Source: Bacillota bacterium (GTDB lineage: Bacteria; Bacillota; Clostridia; Acetivibrionales; DSM-1351). Taken from it: a DNA stretch of 24,000 nucleotides. Location: assembly GCA_023390335.1 (NCBI GenBank), contig JAEWCZ010000073.1, positions 55,094-79,093 on the forward strand. The letters are read 5' to 3'. Below the pieces are notes generated by a model. It was given only the letters and a program-made list of their open reading frames with translations, was not told the DNA's origin and did not search any database. Below are positions 1 through 8,119 of this stretch, piece after piece. The position numbers were made by a program, and so were the translations under genes. How positions within the stretch are numbered: position 1 is the first letter of the stretch; every line of letters starts with the position of its first letter.

Positions 1-59
1 AAACTGCATTTGTAAACTACACAAAATAATCTTTACTATAGATGTATTTCCCTTTTTAT

Positions 60-1838
60 TCATTGATACCACCTCCTCTGAGCTTCAAACATTGTAAAAT
101 ACTGCCCTTTTTGTTTTATTAACTCTTGATGGGTTCCTTGCTCAACAATTCGTCCATCTCCTAATACCATAATTTCATCTGCTAACTTAGTTGAACTTAA
201 TCGGTGACTAATGAATATTGTGGTTTTACCATCCATTAATTTTTCAAATTCATAATAGATCTGACTTTCTGATATAGGATCAAGAGCGGATGTAGGCTCG
301 TCCAGTATTTTTACTGGTGATCTACTTATTAAAGCTCTCGCAATCGCAATACGCTGCCATTGTCCTCCTGATACTTCTTGTCCCGATTCATGAATTTTTC
401 CTAACGGAGTATCTAATCCATTATTAAGCGTAGATATTAATTCATCTATACCTACCTTATTAAAGACATTAAGAATTTCTTCATCCGAATAATCCATCGA
501 AATATCTCCAAGAGCTACGTTTTCCTTTATTGATATGTAGTATTTAGCAAAATCCTGATATACCGTAGTAAATAATGCTTTAAGGTCTGGATGATTGTAT
601 TGTCTAAGCTCCACTCCATTTACATATATATTTCCTTCATAATTCGTATATAAGCCTGTCAATAACTTTGTAATTGTAGTTTTTCCAACACCATTGCTAC
701 CAACAAATGCATAATGTTTTCCCTTCTGCAAGCGAAACGACAATCCATCTAAAATATATTTATCGCTACCTGGATATTTAAAACGAACATTTAAAAATTC
801 CAATGTTTCAAACTTGATAGAATCTTTGCAAGGACACTCTAGAACCTCTTCATTTGTTCCCCAGCTCTGATATTGTTCGAAGTCTCTTAGGTATTCTCTT
901 GTATTAGCTAACGTTTCAACAGACCAAGACATATCCCATCCTATTTGATGTGTAACAGACAGCACGGTTCCAACGATACCCATATACATACCTGCTGATA
1001 TATAACCTGATATAACAGATGGAATTAGTGTAATAGCCACTAAAATAGCTACTAAACTAAGTGCTATAGTTGCACCTTTTGTTAAAAGCATATATTTCAA
1101 CTGTACTTTTACCCTAATCCTACGTCCCTGATCTTTTATATTGAACCATTGATTACTTAAATTCTGTCCATAACCGAATAATGAACGTTCTTGCATATTA
1201 CTTCTTTCAGTCAAAATATTTTCTAAATAATCTGTACGTCTATTTAACTTCTCAGTATCTTTTCCAATCTGATAGCTTTTTCTTCCCGATTTTATAGAAA
1301 AAGCTATCATCGGTATTGAAAAAAGTACAATCAAAATTGTAGCCCACCATACATGAAAAAGAATAATACTCAAAACTGATATAATATAAACTATGGTTGT
1401 CAGAACATTCATATCTGCACTAAATCCATTGATCAGTACATTCTGAGGATTAGTCGATATTCTTCTAATAATTTCCCATGTTTTATTATCTTCAATGTAT
1501 CGATAATCCATTGCTGCTTGTGTCTTGATTAATTGTGGCTTAAACTGTTCTTCTATTTGAAGTGTTAGCTTTCTTTTTATTAATTCCATAATTGTACCTA
1601 TTGTATTAACAAATAATAATACCAATAGCAATAATATCAACGGTAACCAAATACACTGATAGTCTCGCTTTGCATGTAAAATATCATCAGCCATGTCAAT
1701 AAAATTAGCTGTTGTGATTGTTGTTACCAATGTTGCCATTACTGCTTTTATAATTGTTAATACTATAAAGAGTACAGAATAGAATGGTGATATTTTATAA
1801 ATCATCCCTATTACATTGTACTTTTTATCTTTATTCAT
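60..1838 (-). CDS. ABC transporter, fused permease/ATP-binding protein (MsbA/MdlB-like exporter); no N-terminal C39 peptidase domain
   Basis: 592-aa ORF. The N-terminal half is hydrophobic with multiple TM segments. The C-terminal NBD has Walker A GSNGVGKTT, ABC signature VSGGQWQRIAIARA, Walker B ILDEPTSALD and H-loop ISHRL. It is the last gene of the co-directional operon. Confidence 0.9.
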   Translation of the reverse strand: MNKDKKYNVIGMIYKISPFYSVLFIVLTIIKAVMATLVTTITTANFIDMADDILHAKRDYQCIWLPLILLLLVLLFVNTIGTIMELIKRKLTLQIEEQFKPQLIKTQAAMDYRYIEDNKTWEIIRRISTNPQNVLINGFSADMNVLTTIVYIISVLSIILFHVWWATILIVLFSIPMIAFSIKSGRKSYQIGKDTEKLNRRTDYLENILTERSNMQERSLFGYGQNLSNQWFNIKDQGRRIRVKVQLKYMLLTKGATIALSLVAILVAITLIPSVISGYISAGMYMGIVGTVLSVTHQIGWDMSWSVETLANTREYLRDFEQYQSWGTNEEVLECPCKDSIKFETLEFLNVRFKYPGSDKYILDGLSFRLQKGKHYAFVGSNGVGKTTITKLLTGLYTNYEGNIYVNGVELRQYNHPDLKALFTTVYQDFAKYYISIKENVALGDISMDYSDEEILNVFNKVGIDELISTLNNGLDTPLGKIHESGQEVSGGQWQRIAIARALISRSPVKILDEPTSALDPISESQIYYEFEKLMDGKTTIFISHRLSSTKLADEIMVLGDGRIVEQGTHQELIKQKGQYFTMFEAQRRWYQ

Positions 1839-1858
1839 TCTTGCACCATCCCTAGCAC

Positions 1859-3118
1859 TTATTGGTAAAGTTCATTAATGTATTGCTCCTCTGTTTTTTG
1901 TTTATAAAGGAGATCCACCTTATCCTTATCAACAATAAAGAACTCACAAGTCATTGGATACATATAATTCTGAACACAAGAAAATGAATAGCTTCCACAA
2001 TTCAATGCTACAATGTAATCTTCTACATTCTGCTGTTCAATTTGGGCATTCCTCTTGATTATCCCAGCGAAAGAAGAAGTTCGATCACCAATCTGTACCG
2101 TAACCATGTCTCTACCATGTCTCTTTATTGGAAGTACATCGTACTCTCTTCCAAAAAAAGGCATTAAAATATTGGTGCCCATATCTGTAATCCACCAGAT
2201 CTCAGAACCGCACTCTTTTTCACATAGAATCTTTCCAATACATATCGCTGCATCATCTACTAAATATCTTCCAGGTTCAAGAATAAGCTTAGGCTGATAT
2301 TTCAATTCTTTTATTATCGGACACATTGCTTCTGCAAAATCATCAATTGTATTTCCAGCGCTCTTCATATGATTCCGACTTCCAAAGCCTCCACCTGGAG
2401 ATATGTAATCTAACTCTATACCTAAATTGTTATACAATTTTTCTGCAAAAGCTACCAATCCCTTTAGAGCTTTTACATGATTTGTTGGAGTGGTGTTCTC
2501 TACTGAAATATGACAGTGCAAACCAGCTAGTCTCACATTAGACATCTTTTTGATTTCCTGACATACAAGATAAGCCTGTCCAGATGCCACATCTACACCT
2601 AATTTACCGCCAGCTTCAATTTTTGAATGCAAATCACTAATATCCGGATTTATTCTAATTCCTATGTCTATGCATCTGTCATGTGCTTTTGCAAGATTGT
2701 TAATACGGATTGCTTCCTCTAATGAATCAACATTCCAATTTATTTTATTCTCCAGCAAATTTTTCATTTCGTCTTCCGTTTTTCCAGGGCTGTTCCACAC
2801 AACATTATTGCTAAGCCCATTCTTCTTTGCCATCTCAAACTCATATGAAGAACATACCTCTGCCGCAATTTGATTTTCCTTTATAATACGTAGGATTCCA
2901 GGAATATAACATGCTTTATATGCAAAATGAATACTACAATTTGGATATCTCTGATAAAAGGCATTTCTGATAGACTCTATATTATTAACTAGCCTCTGTT
3001 TCGAATATATAAACGCAGGACCGTTATAATTTTTTACTAAATCTTCTATACAAATGTTTTCCATATAAAGTTTGTCATCTAAATAATAAACAATTCCATC
3101 GTATATAGAGTTTTGCAT
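1859..3118 (-). CDS. PLP-dependent decarboxylase, Orn/DAP/Arg decarboxylase family (alanine-racemase fold, fold type III)
   Basis: 419-aa ORF with SD AAGGAGGAG upstream of the ATG at 3118. Family-like motifs: FAYKA (PLP-lysine context), GLHCHIS, PGGGFG (phosphate-binding Gly loop), EPGRYLV and a C-terminal NCGSYSFS (GAY-like). Confidence 0.8.
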   Translation of the reverse strand: MQNSIYDGIVYYLDDKLYMENICIEDLVKNYNGPAFIYSKQRLVNNIESIRNAFYQRYPNCSIHFAYKACYIPGILRIIKENQIAAEVCSSYEFEMAKKNGLSNNVVWNSPGKTEDEMKNLLENKINWNVDSLEEAIRINNLAKAHDRCIDIGIRINPDISDLHSKIEAGGKLGVDVASGQAYLVCQEIKKMSNVRLAGLHCHISVENTTPTNHVKALKGLVAFAEKLYNNLGIELDYISPGGGFGSRNHMKSAGNTIDDFAEAMCPIIKELKYQPKLILEPGRYLVDDAAICIGKILCEKECGSEIWWITDMGTNILMPFFGREYDVLPIKRHGRDMVTVQIGDRTSSFAGIIKRNAQIEQQNVEDYIVALNCGSYSFSCVQNYMYPMTCEFFIVDKDKVDLLYKQKTEEQYINELYQ

Positions 3119-3132
3119 TAAACTCCTCCTTA

Positions 3133-3411
3133 TTATTTAACCTCTTTGATGGTACCCAATTCTAACATTCTGATAATAAATGGTTCCACATCCTCATATA
3201 TTTCTTCTTTGGGCGCAGCATAATCTGTACATAATTTTTCAAGAAGCTTGTCAATTTCTAATTCTTGTTTCAGTAGATTAAAAATCTCTTCGCCAACTTC
3301 ATTCAACTCATACATGTCACCTGTTTCAGGATTATATGCCATAGTTGTTTTTCCAATATTTCTAATTAAAATGTTTTGATTAAATTCATATTTTAATTCT
3401 TCGATTTTCAT
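3133..3411 (-). CDS. PqqD-family protein (RiPP recognition element, stand-alone)
   Basis: 92-aa ORF with SD GGAGGG 8 nt upstream. Size and pattern (...YNPETGDMYELNEVGEEIFNLL...) are typical of PqqD/RRE winged-helix proteins. It sits in a radical SAM operon. Confidence 0.7.
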   Translation of the reverse strand: MKIEELKYEFNQNILIRNIGKTTMAYNPETGDMYELNEVGEEIFNLLKQELEIDKLLEKLCTDYAAPKEEIYEDVEPFIIRMLELGTIKEVK

Positions 3412-4177
3412 AATCTTTTCCCTCCAATAATTTACTGATTAATTTCGATACTTGTAATGCTATATCAATATTTTTTCTTGAATCCTCACATTGAAACTGA
3501 TTCACAGCCTCGACAATTTTACAATTTAAAATTCTATAATTAGGACTGCTGTATCTTTTTCCATTTATCTCAATCCCAACTTCCTTTGACCGTATAAAAC
3601 GAATTACTAATTCTTTTCCATTAATAACTCCTTTTAAGTCATCCCCATCTTGCTCTAGCTCAATATCATTGCCTATTTCAATCATCAGCCAGCTTAATAA
3701 ATGAGGAAGCATATGAATTATACTTGATATTAGTTCATTATTAATGGAAAACCATTTAATCTTATAACGTTCATCTTTTTCAATAGAGTAATGCTCAATA
3801 TCAAAATTCCGCTGGCATACAATTGCACATTTTTCGACATTGTACAGTATTTCCCTATATTTTTCTATTTCATCTTCTAAAATACTTAGCGGCTTCTCTA
3901 TGATAATAGCATTCTTATACTCTAAATCATTTATTAATCTTGATATGACTTCATACTTCTTTTCAAGAGACAAACAAATAATTATCATACCATATTTATC
4001 TATTTGCTCTTTGTCCAATGATGTTACAGGATAATAGCATAATCCAAACTCCTCGGCCAATTTCCTTGAAGCTCCAACTACTCCAATTCCTGAAACATCA
4101 ATTTCATGTTGTGTCCAAAGTAATGGTTCAACGTACCTTCTGGCAGCAATTCCTCCGCCTATCACTAAGATTCTCAT
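3386..4177 (-). CDS. NAD(P)-binding oxidoreductase, Gfo/Idh/MocA-like
   Basis: 263-aa ORF. N-terminal Rossmann signature MRILVIGGGIAA plus the EKP motif (IIIEKPLS) characteristic of Gfo/Idh/MocA dehydrogenases. Its start overlaps the stop of the upstream gene by 4 nt. Confidence 0.6.
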   Translation of the reverse strand: MRILVIGGGIAARRYVEPLLWTQHEIDVSGIGVVGASRKLAEEFGLCYYPVTSLDKEQIDKYGMIIICLSLEKKYEVISRLINDLEYKNAIIIEKPLSILEDEIEKYREILYNVEKCAIVCQRNFDIEHYSIEKDERYKIKWFSINNELISSIIHMLPHLLSWLMIEIGNDIELEQDGDDLKGVINGKELVIRFIRSKEVGIEINGKRYSSPNYRILNCKIVEAVNQFQCEDSRKNIDIALQVSKLISKLLEGKDYENRRIKI

Positions 4178-5457
4178 ATATTAATAAACTCAAAAAGACA
4201 TTTCCTGCTCCATTTTTCAAGGGTATCTGCAGATAAATCTTTCGTTGAAACGATAACCTTATTGGACCAGGTATCCTTTTCGTACCAATATTCATCATCA
4301 AGGATAATTCCATACTTTTCTGGATTTGCATACATATCAATTCCAGGGTAGCATTTTAGTAAGTTAAATGTTACAAGAGTAGGATTTATTCTTTTTACTA
4401 ACTCAACCATAGCCTGAAGATCTTCTTCTGTATCACCAGGATTACCTAAAATGAATGATGCATGAAATTCCATACCATATTTATGTAAAATATCTGTTTT
4501 TACTATTACTTCTTCATTACCAAGATTCTTTCCAATCACCTTAGAAGTTTTTGCATTGGAAGTCTCTACTCCAACAAATACCCTATATGCACCAATCTCT
4601 TTCATAAGTTTAATCTTATAATCATTAATGTCTTTGATTCTAATATTTGAAGTCCATTTAAACTTCAAATTTCTCCTTTTCACCTCATTTGCAAATTGAG
4701 TTAGCCTTTCATCGGAAAATGCAAAGGTATCATCAGAAAAGAAGAAACTCTTAAAACCATAAGATAAAAGTTCTTCAATTTCATCACAAAATCTTTCTAC
4801 TGAGAACAAAGAGAATTTGGCAAATTTGGATTTAATGCAAAAAAGACAATTGCTTGGACATCCTCTGGACGAACGAACTATTGTTTCAGAATCACGTCGT
4901 AAATATTTACTAATATCATATATTTCTCTATCCGGCATAGGTAAACTGTCTAATGGATAGTCGTTAAACTTTCGTTCTGTTATATTAAACTCACCATCTT
5001 TTGAAGTTCTGTATCCAATATTATTAATATTCTCAAAGGAACCCTTACCTTGTCTTGCCTCAAGAATTTTTAACAATGCATAGTCATCATCATGGCGAAT
5101 AACATAATCAAGTTCTGGATTACGTTCCAATACTTTTTCTGGAACGAAAGTCGCAATCTCACCTCTCATTGCAATTCCTACTTGTTCACCATATATTTCT
5201 CTCACCAATGGAATGATTTTTACTGCATTACTATGTGTTCTAGGATCATCATCAATAACTACAATATCTGGGCAATACTGACGTAACATCCCCTTCAATG
5301 TTTCAATATCTATATTATCAATTTTCATATCAATCAGATCTACTTCATGACCATTTTCTTTTAGCACTGCTGACCATATATAAACGTCTAGTGATGGTAA
5401 AATCAAATATTCTTTCACTCTATTCGGATATGGAGGTACAACAAATAGAACCTTCAC
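4174..5457 (-). CDS. B12-binding-domain radical SAM protein (class B rSAM; methyltransferase or other chemistry)
   Basis: 427-aa ORF. GTG start at 5457 with SD GAAGGGG about 9 nt upstream. The N-terminal ~130 aa look like a cobalamin-binding Rossmann domain (MKVLFVVPP..., DIVVIDDD). Radical SAM motif RGCPSNCLFC (CxxxCxxC). Confidence 0.85.
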   Translation of the reverse strand: MKVLFVVPPYPNRVKEYLILPSLDVYIWSAVLKENGHEVDLIDMKIDNIDIETLKGMLRQYCPDIVVIDDDPRTHSNAVKIIPLVREIYGEQVGIAMRGEIATFVPEKVLERNPELDYVIRHDDDYALLKILEARQGKGSFENINNIGYRTSKDGEFNITERKFNDYPLDSLPMPDREIYDISKYLRRDSETIVRSSRGCPSNCLFCIKSKFAKFSLFSVERFCDEIEELLSYGFKSFFFSDDTFAFSDERLTQFANEVKRRNLKFKWTSNIRIKDINDYKIKLMKEIGAYRVFVGVETSNAKTSKVIGKNLGNEEVIVKTDILHKYGMEFHASFILGNPGDTEEDLQAMVELVKRINPTLVTFNLLKCYPGIDMYANPEKYGIILDDEYWYEKDTWSNKVIVSTKDLSADTLEKWSRKCLFEFINI

Positions 5458-6319
5458 AATTATCTACCCCTTCCCCAATTATCTCTTTTAATGATGTTTC
5501 AAGCATTTTCCCTATTATGTCATTTCTTAAATTGCATCTTCCTACTTCTCCACTAGGTTCAATGCTCAGTGTATACTGGCTGTGACAACAATTCATTTCA
5601 AAGTAACGCTCATATACAGAATCATTAATTTCCCCGGATTCTTTTAATCTTCGAAGTGTAGGTAACAGCCTCATATCATGAAACAGTGTTTGGACTCCTT
5701 CTGATTTCATCGCCATTTTTTCAAAGAATCTGATATACTCTTCTTCTTTTTCCAATTCTAGAAGATATCCATCTTTTCTTTCCCTAAGAAAACTAATGAA
5801 TTCTATATTTAATTCTTCACCCAAATGATAAATATCTTCTAAACAAGATACATTGTTATCATTTACCGTAACACTCATTTCCGTATGTATTCCGTGATCC
5901 AAAAGTAATTTAATCGCATTTAATGCCTTAACATAGGCACCTTTATGGTTCCGATTCATATCATGCATTTCGGATTCACTATGGTCAATGCTTATGCACA
6001 CCTTTTGTATGTGGTTTTTCTTCAATATTGCTATCTTTCCTTCATCTATTAAGTAACCATTTGTCATTAATATCTGAACCATACCCTTTTTGTTGGCATA
6101 TGTAGACACTTTATCAAATAATTCACTTAATAATGGTTCTCCAAATGTATAATAGATTATAAACAGACCTTCTTCAAACAATGTATCTATTATTCTGTAA
6201 TAATCTTCTTCCACTAGTTTGTCCTTTTTTTTGGTAACAAAGCAATGCTTACAAGCCATGTTACATCTATATGATAAACCTAAATGCAATACATTTATCA
6301 TTCTTATTTTTCTCTCCAT
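5420..6319 (-). CDS. Radical SAM peptide-modifying enzyme with C-terminal auxiliary-cluster (twitch/partial SPASM) region
   Basis: 299-aa ORF. CxxxCxxC at YRCNMACKHCF. C-terminal Cys-rich region CCHSQYTLSIEPSGEVGRC (GxxxxC) followed by CEGSICC. The alternative start at 6301 (MINVLHL) has a better SD (GGAGAG). Confidence 0.85.
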   Translation of the reverse strand: MERKIRMINVLHLGLSYRCNMACKHCFVTKKKDKLVEEDYYRIIDTLFEEGLFIIYYTFGEPLLSELFDKVSTYANKKGMVQILMTNGYLIDEGKIAILKKNHIQKVCISIDHSESEMHDMNRNHKGAYVKALNAIKLLLDHGIHTEMSVTVNDNNVSCLEDIYHLGEELNIEFISFLRERKDGYLLELEKEEEYIRFFEKMAMKSEGVQTLFHDMRLLPTLRRLKESGEINDSVYERYFEMNCCHSQYTLSIEPSGEVGRCNLRNDIIGKMLETSLKEIIGEGVDNCEGSICCTSISE

Positions 6320-6326
6320 TGTTTCC

Positions 6327-6361
6327 CGAAAAAGTCACTGGTAAATCCAGTGACTTTTTCG
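6327..6361 (-). terminator. Intrinsic terminator/attenuator-like hairpin between precursor ORF and modifying enzymes
   Basis: Perfect 15-bp inverted repeat cgaaaaagtcactgg / ccagtgactttttcg with a 5-nt loop. On the minus-strand RNA, the GC-rich core stem GUCACUGG/CCAGUGAC is followed by UUUUUCG. Confidence 0.6.
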
Positions 6362-6401
6362 TAAGCAAGCTTAATTTTTAACTTTTCATGTCAAATTGTA
6401 A

Positions 6402-6458
6402 TTAGCAGTCAGCATAGATTACTCTAACACGTACAACAGGTTTATTCCATTGTTTCAT
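6402..6458 (-). CDS. Candidate precursor peptide, 18 aa: MKQWNKPVVRVRVIYADC
   Basis: Hand translation of the minus strand: GGAGGGG-ATAAAT-ATG AAA CAA TGG AAT AAA CCT GTT GTA CGT GTT AGA GTA ATC TAT GCT GAC TGC TAA. Strong SD at ideal spacing. It lies directly upstream of the rSAM/PqqD genes and is followed by a hairpin. It is too short for the ORF track. Confidence 0.55.
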   Translation of the reverse strand: MKQWNKPVVRVRVIYADC

Positions 6459-6589
6459 ATTTATCCCCTCCGTTCTATTTTATTTGGAGACAAAAATACA
6501 AAAACACTTCTGACTCCCATTTATAAAATACCTTTTAAATATGTAAGGTAATTTTATCTTTTTTATCACCGACCTCTTATATCAGTTTT

Positions 6590-7186
6590 GATTAAGAACA
6601 TTTAGTAATAGTTTTTTGGAAAAGCGAACCAGGTGTCAAAGAGAAGATATTTGGCGGATAAACGCTTAACAGAATCAAGAATTTTCAACATTACTTCTGT
6701 CGAATTTGCTTACTCTGGGTATTATCCGCAGGACATATAAGTTTCTTTTCATATCTGCTGCTCAAAAGTGAAAATTCAACTGGCAGAAATGTGGTGCCAT
6801 CAGACCAGCCAACTGTAAGCATTTTAAAACCTTTTATAAACTTATGGGTTGTATGGTCAAAAAACTCTTGAAAGCAGCTCTACTTTTTTACTTCTTCCTC
6901 GATTATACAAAGAATCATCAACACTCAGCACACTTGCTCTATCATCTGATCTTAGTTTGTTTATTTCATGTATAATTGCTGTAACAAGTAATAATAGCAA
7001 CCGAGACCAATTGTAACTACTAGAGTTGAGAAACCTGTAAGCCGTATTTTTCTTAAAAGATATATCTCCAGAACTCATATCCAAAGTCCTGTACAGGTTT
7101 TTGCCAGAGAAAATCAACCCAAATAATTGCTTCAGTAATTCTACGGGTTGAATGCCACTTTCTTTATAAAAATTGGAGCTCTCCAT
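6590..7186 (-). pseudogene. IS4/IS1634-like DDE transposase remnant, frameshifted and 3'-truncated
   Basis: The 109-aa ORF 6857..7186 ends at a TGA inside a T-run. The reading continues in another frame (FDHTTHKFIKGFKMLTVGWSDGTTFLPVEFSLLSS...), then stops again and resumes (MLKILDSVKRLSAKYLLFDTWFAFP) before ending near 6600. No catalytic C-terminal half is present. Confidence 0.7.
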
Positions 7187-8119
7187 ATGCTTATATATTG
7201 TAAACGTTGAAAAGAAATTATCAATTTTGGATTAAATAGCATTTTCATTGTTTGATTTATTTGTTATAATTGCATTCATAAATTCTGATCTTTTCATTGG
7301 TATTAGTTGTTTCTGGACAATTCTATCATCCAAAAATCTAGGAGTTTTTATATAATTATTAACATACCTGTATTAATTTATCAAAGAGCAAACCCATTTT
7401 TTAGGTGTAAAAATTGAGTTTATTAGTAATATATTACCTTTTTTGTTTATAAAATGCAACATGCTTTATTTACAAAATGCAACCTTTTTTTGATTGAGTC
7501 AATTAACTATAGGGAATTGAAAAACAGATATCACCCTAGGATTATGCAGTGTCTCCAGAGTCACGCTCTTGACAACAAGCATCTCCCATATGATTTTGTC
7601 AGCTAGGTGCAGCATCCTTCATAAGCGGGTATTCAAAGCAAGACAGCTGCCACTTTTTTAGTATATCATATGGATCCCTCTTATTGTAAAGGAGTTCGCT
7701 TCGCCGTTCTTTACTCTCCATTTGTTTTAAAAACTGCTTAAACATCTCAGACTATTATGCAGTGCAGTTTTATGACCTTTTTCAAGTATCGTTATATTAC
7801 TATTCCATGAGTTGAAATATCTATTGCTATTTGTCTTTTTTAGTTCCTCGATTATTTCATACTGGAATGTTTAAAGAAACAGCCAATAACAGCCGAAGAA
7901 CTTGTATTTGAAAAGATACAGGTAAGAAAACCAAAACTAATACCATAGAAAATAAATATTATAGTTTACCTTTTAGAACTGAATGAGTCCCCCTAGTTTG
8001 ACTATTACTTGTTATAAGTATATAATTAAATTATTGTAATTTTTTGACTAGATGCTCAACAACATCAATGAAAATGAGGTGATTATATAAACACACCTAA
8101 AACAACCGCTATTCTTCCC

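Noticed and set aside
2055-5585. Plus-strand ORFs 2055..2297, 2326..2541, 2664..2873, 3840..4034, 4018..4236, 5092..5286 and 5298..5585, plus minus-strand 4128..4340
   Set aside because: All lie antisense to, or out of frame within, long motif-bearing minus-strand genes. Their sequences are low-complexity and Ser/Leu/Phe/Ile-rich, as expected from antisense reading of AT-rich coding DNA, and none has an SD.
6378-6389. Mini-ORF ATG AAA AGT TAA (MKS) between the precursor ORF and the hairpin
   Set aside because: It has only 3 codons and no SD, so it is most likely chance.
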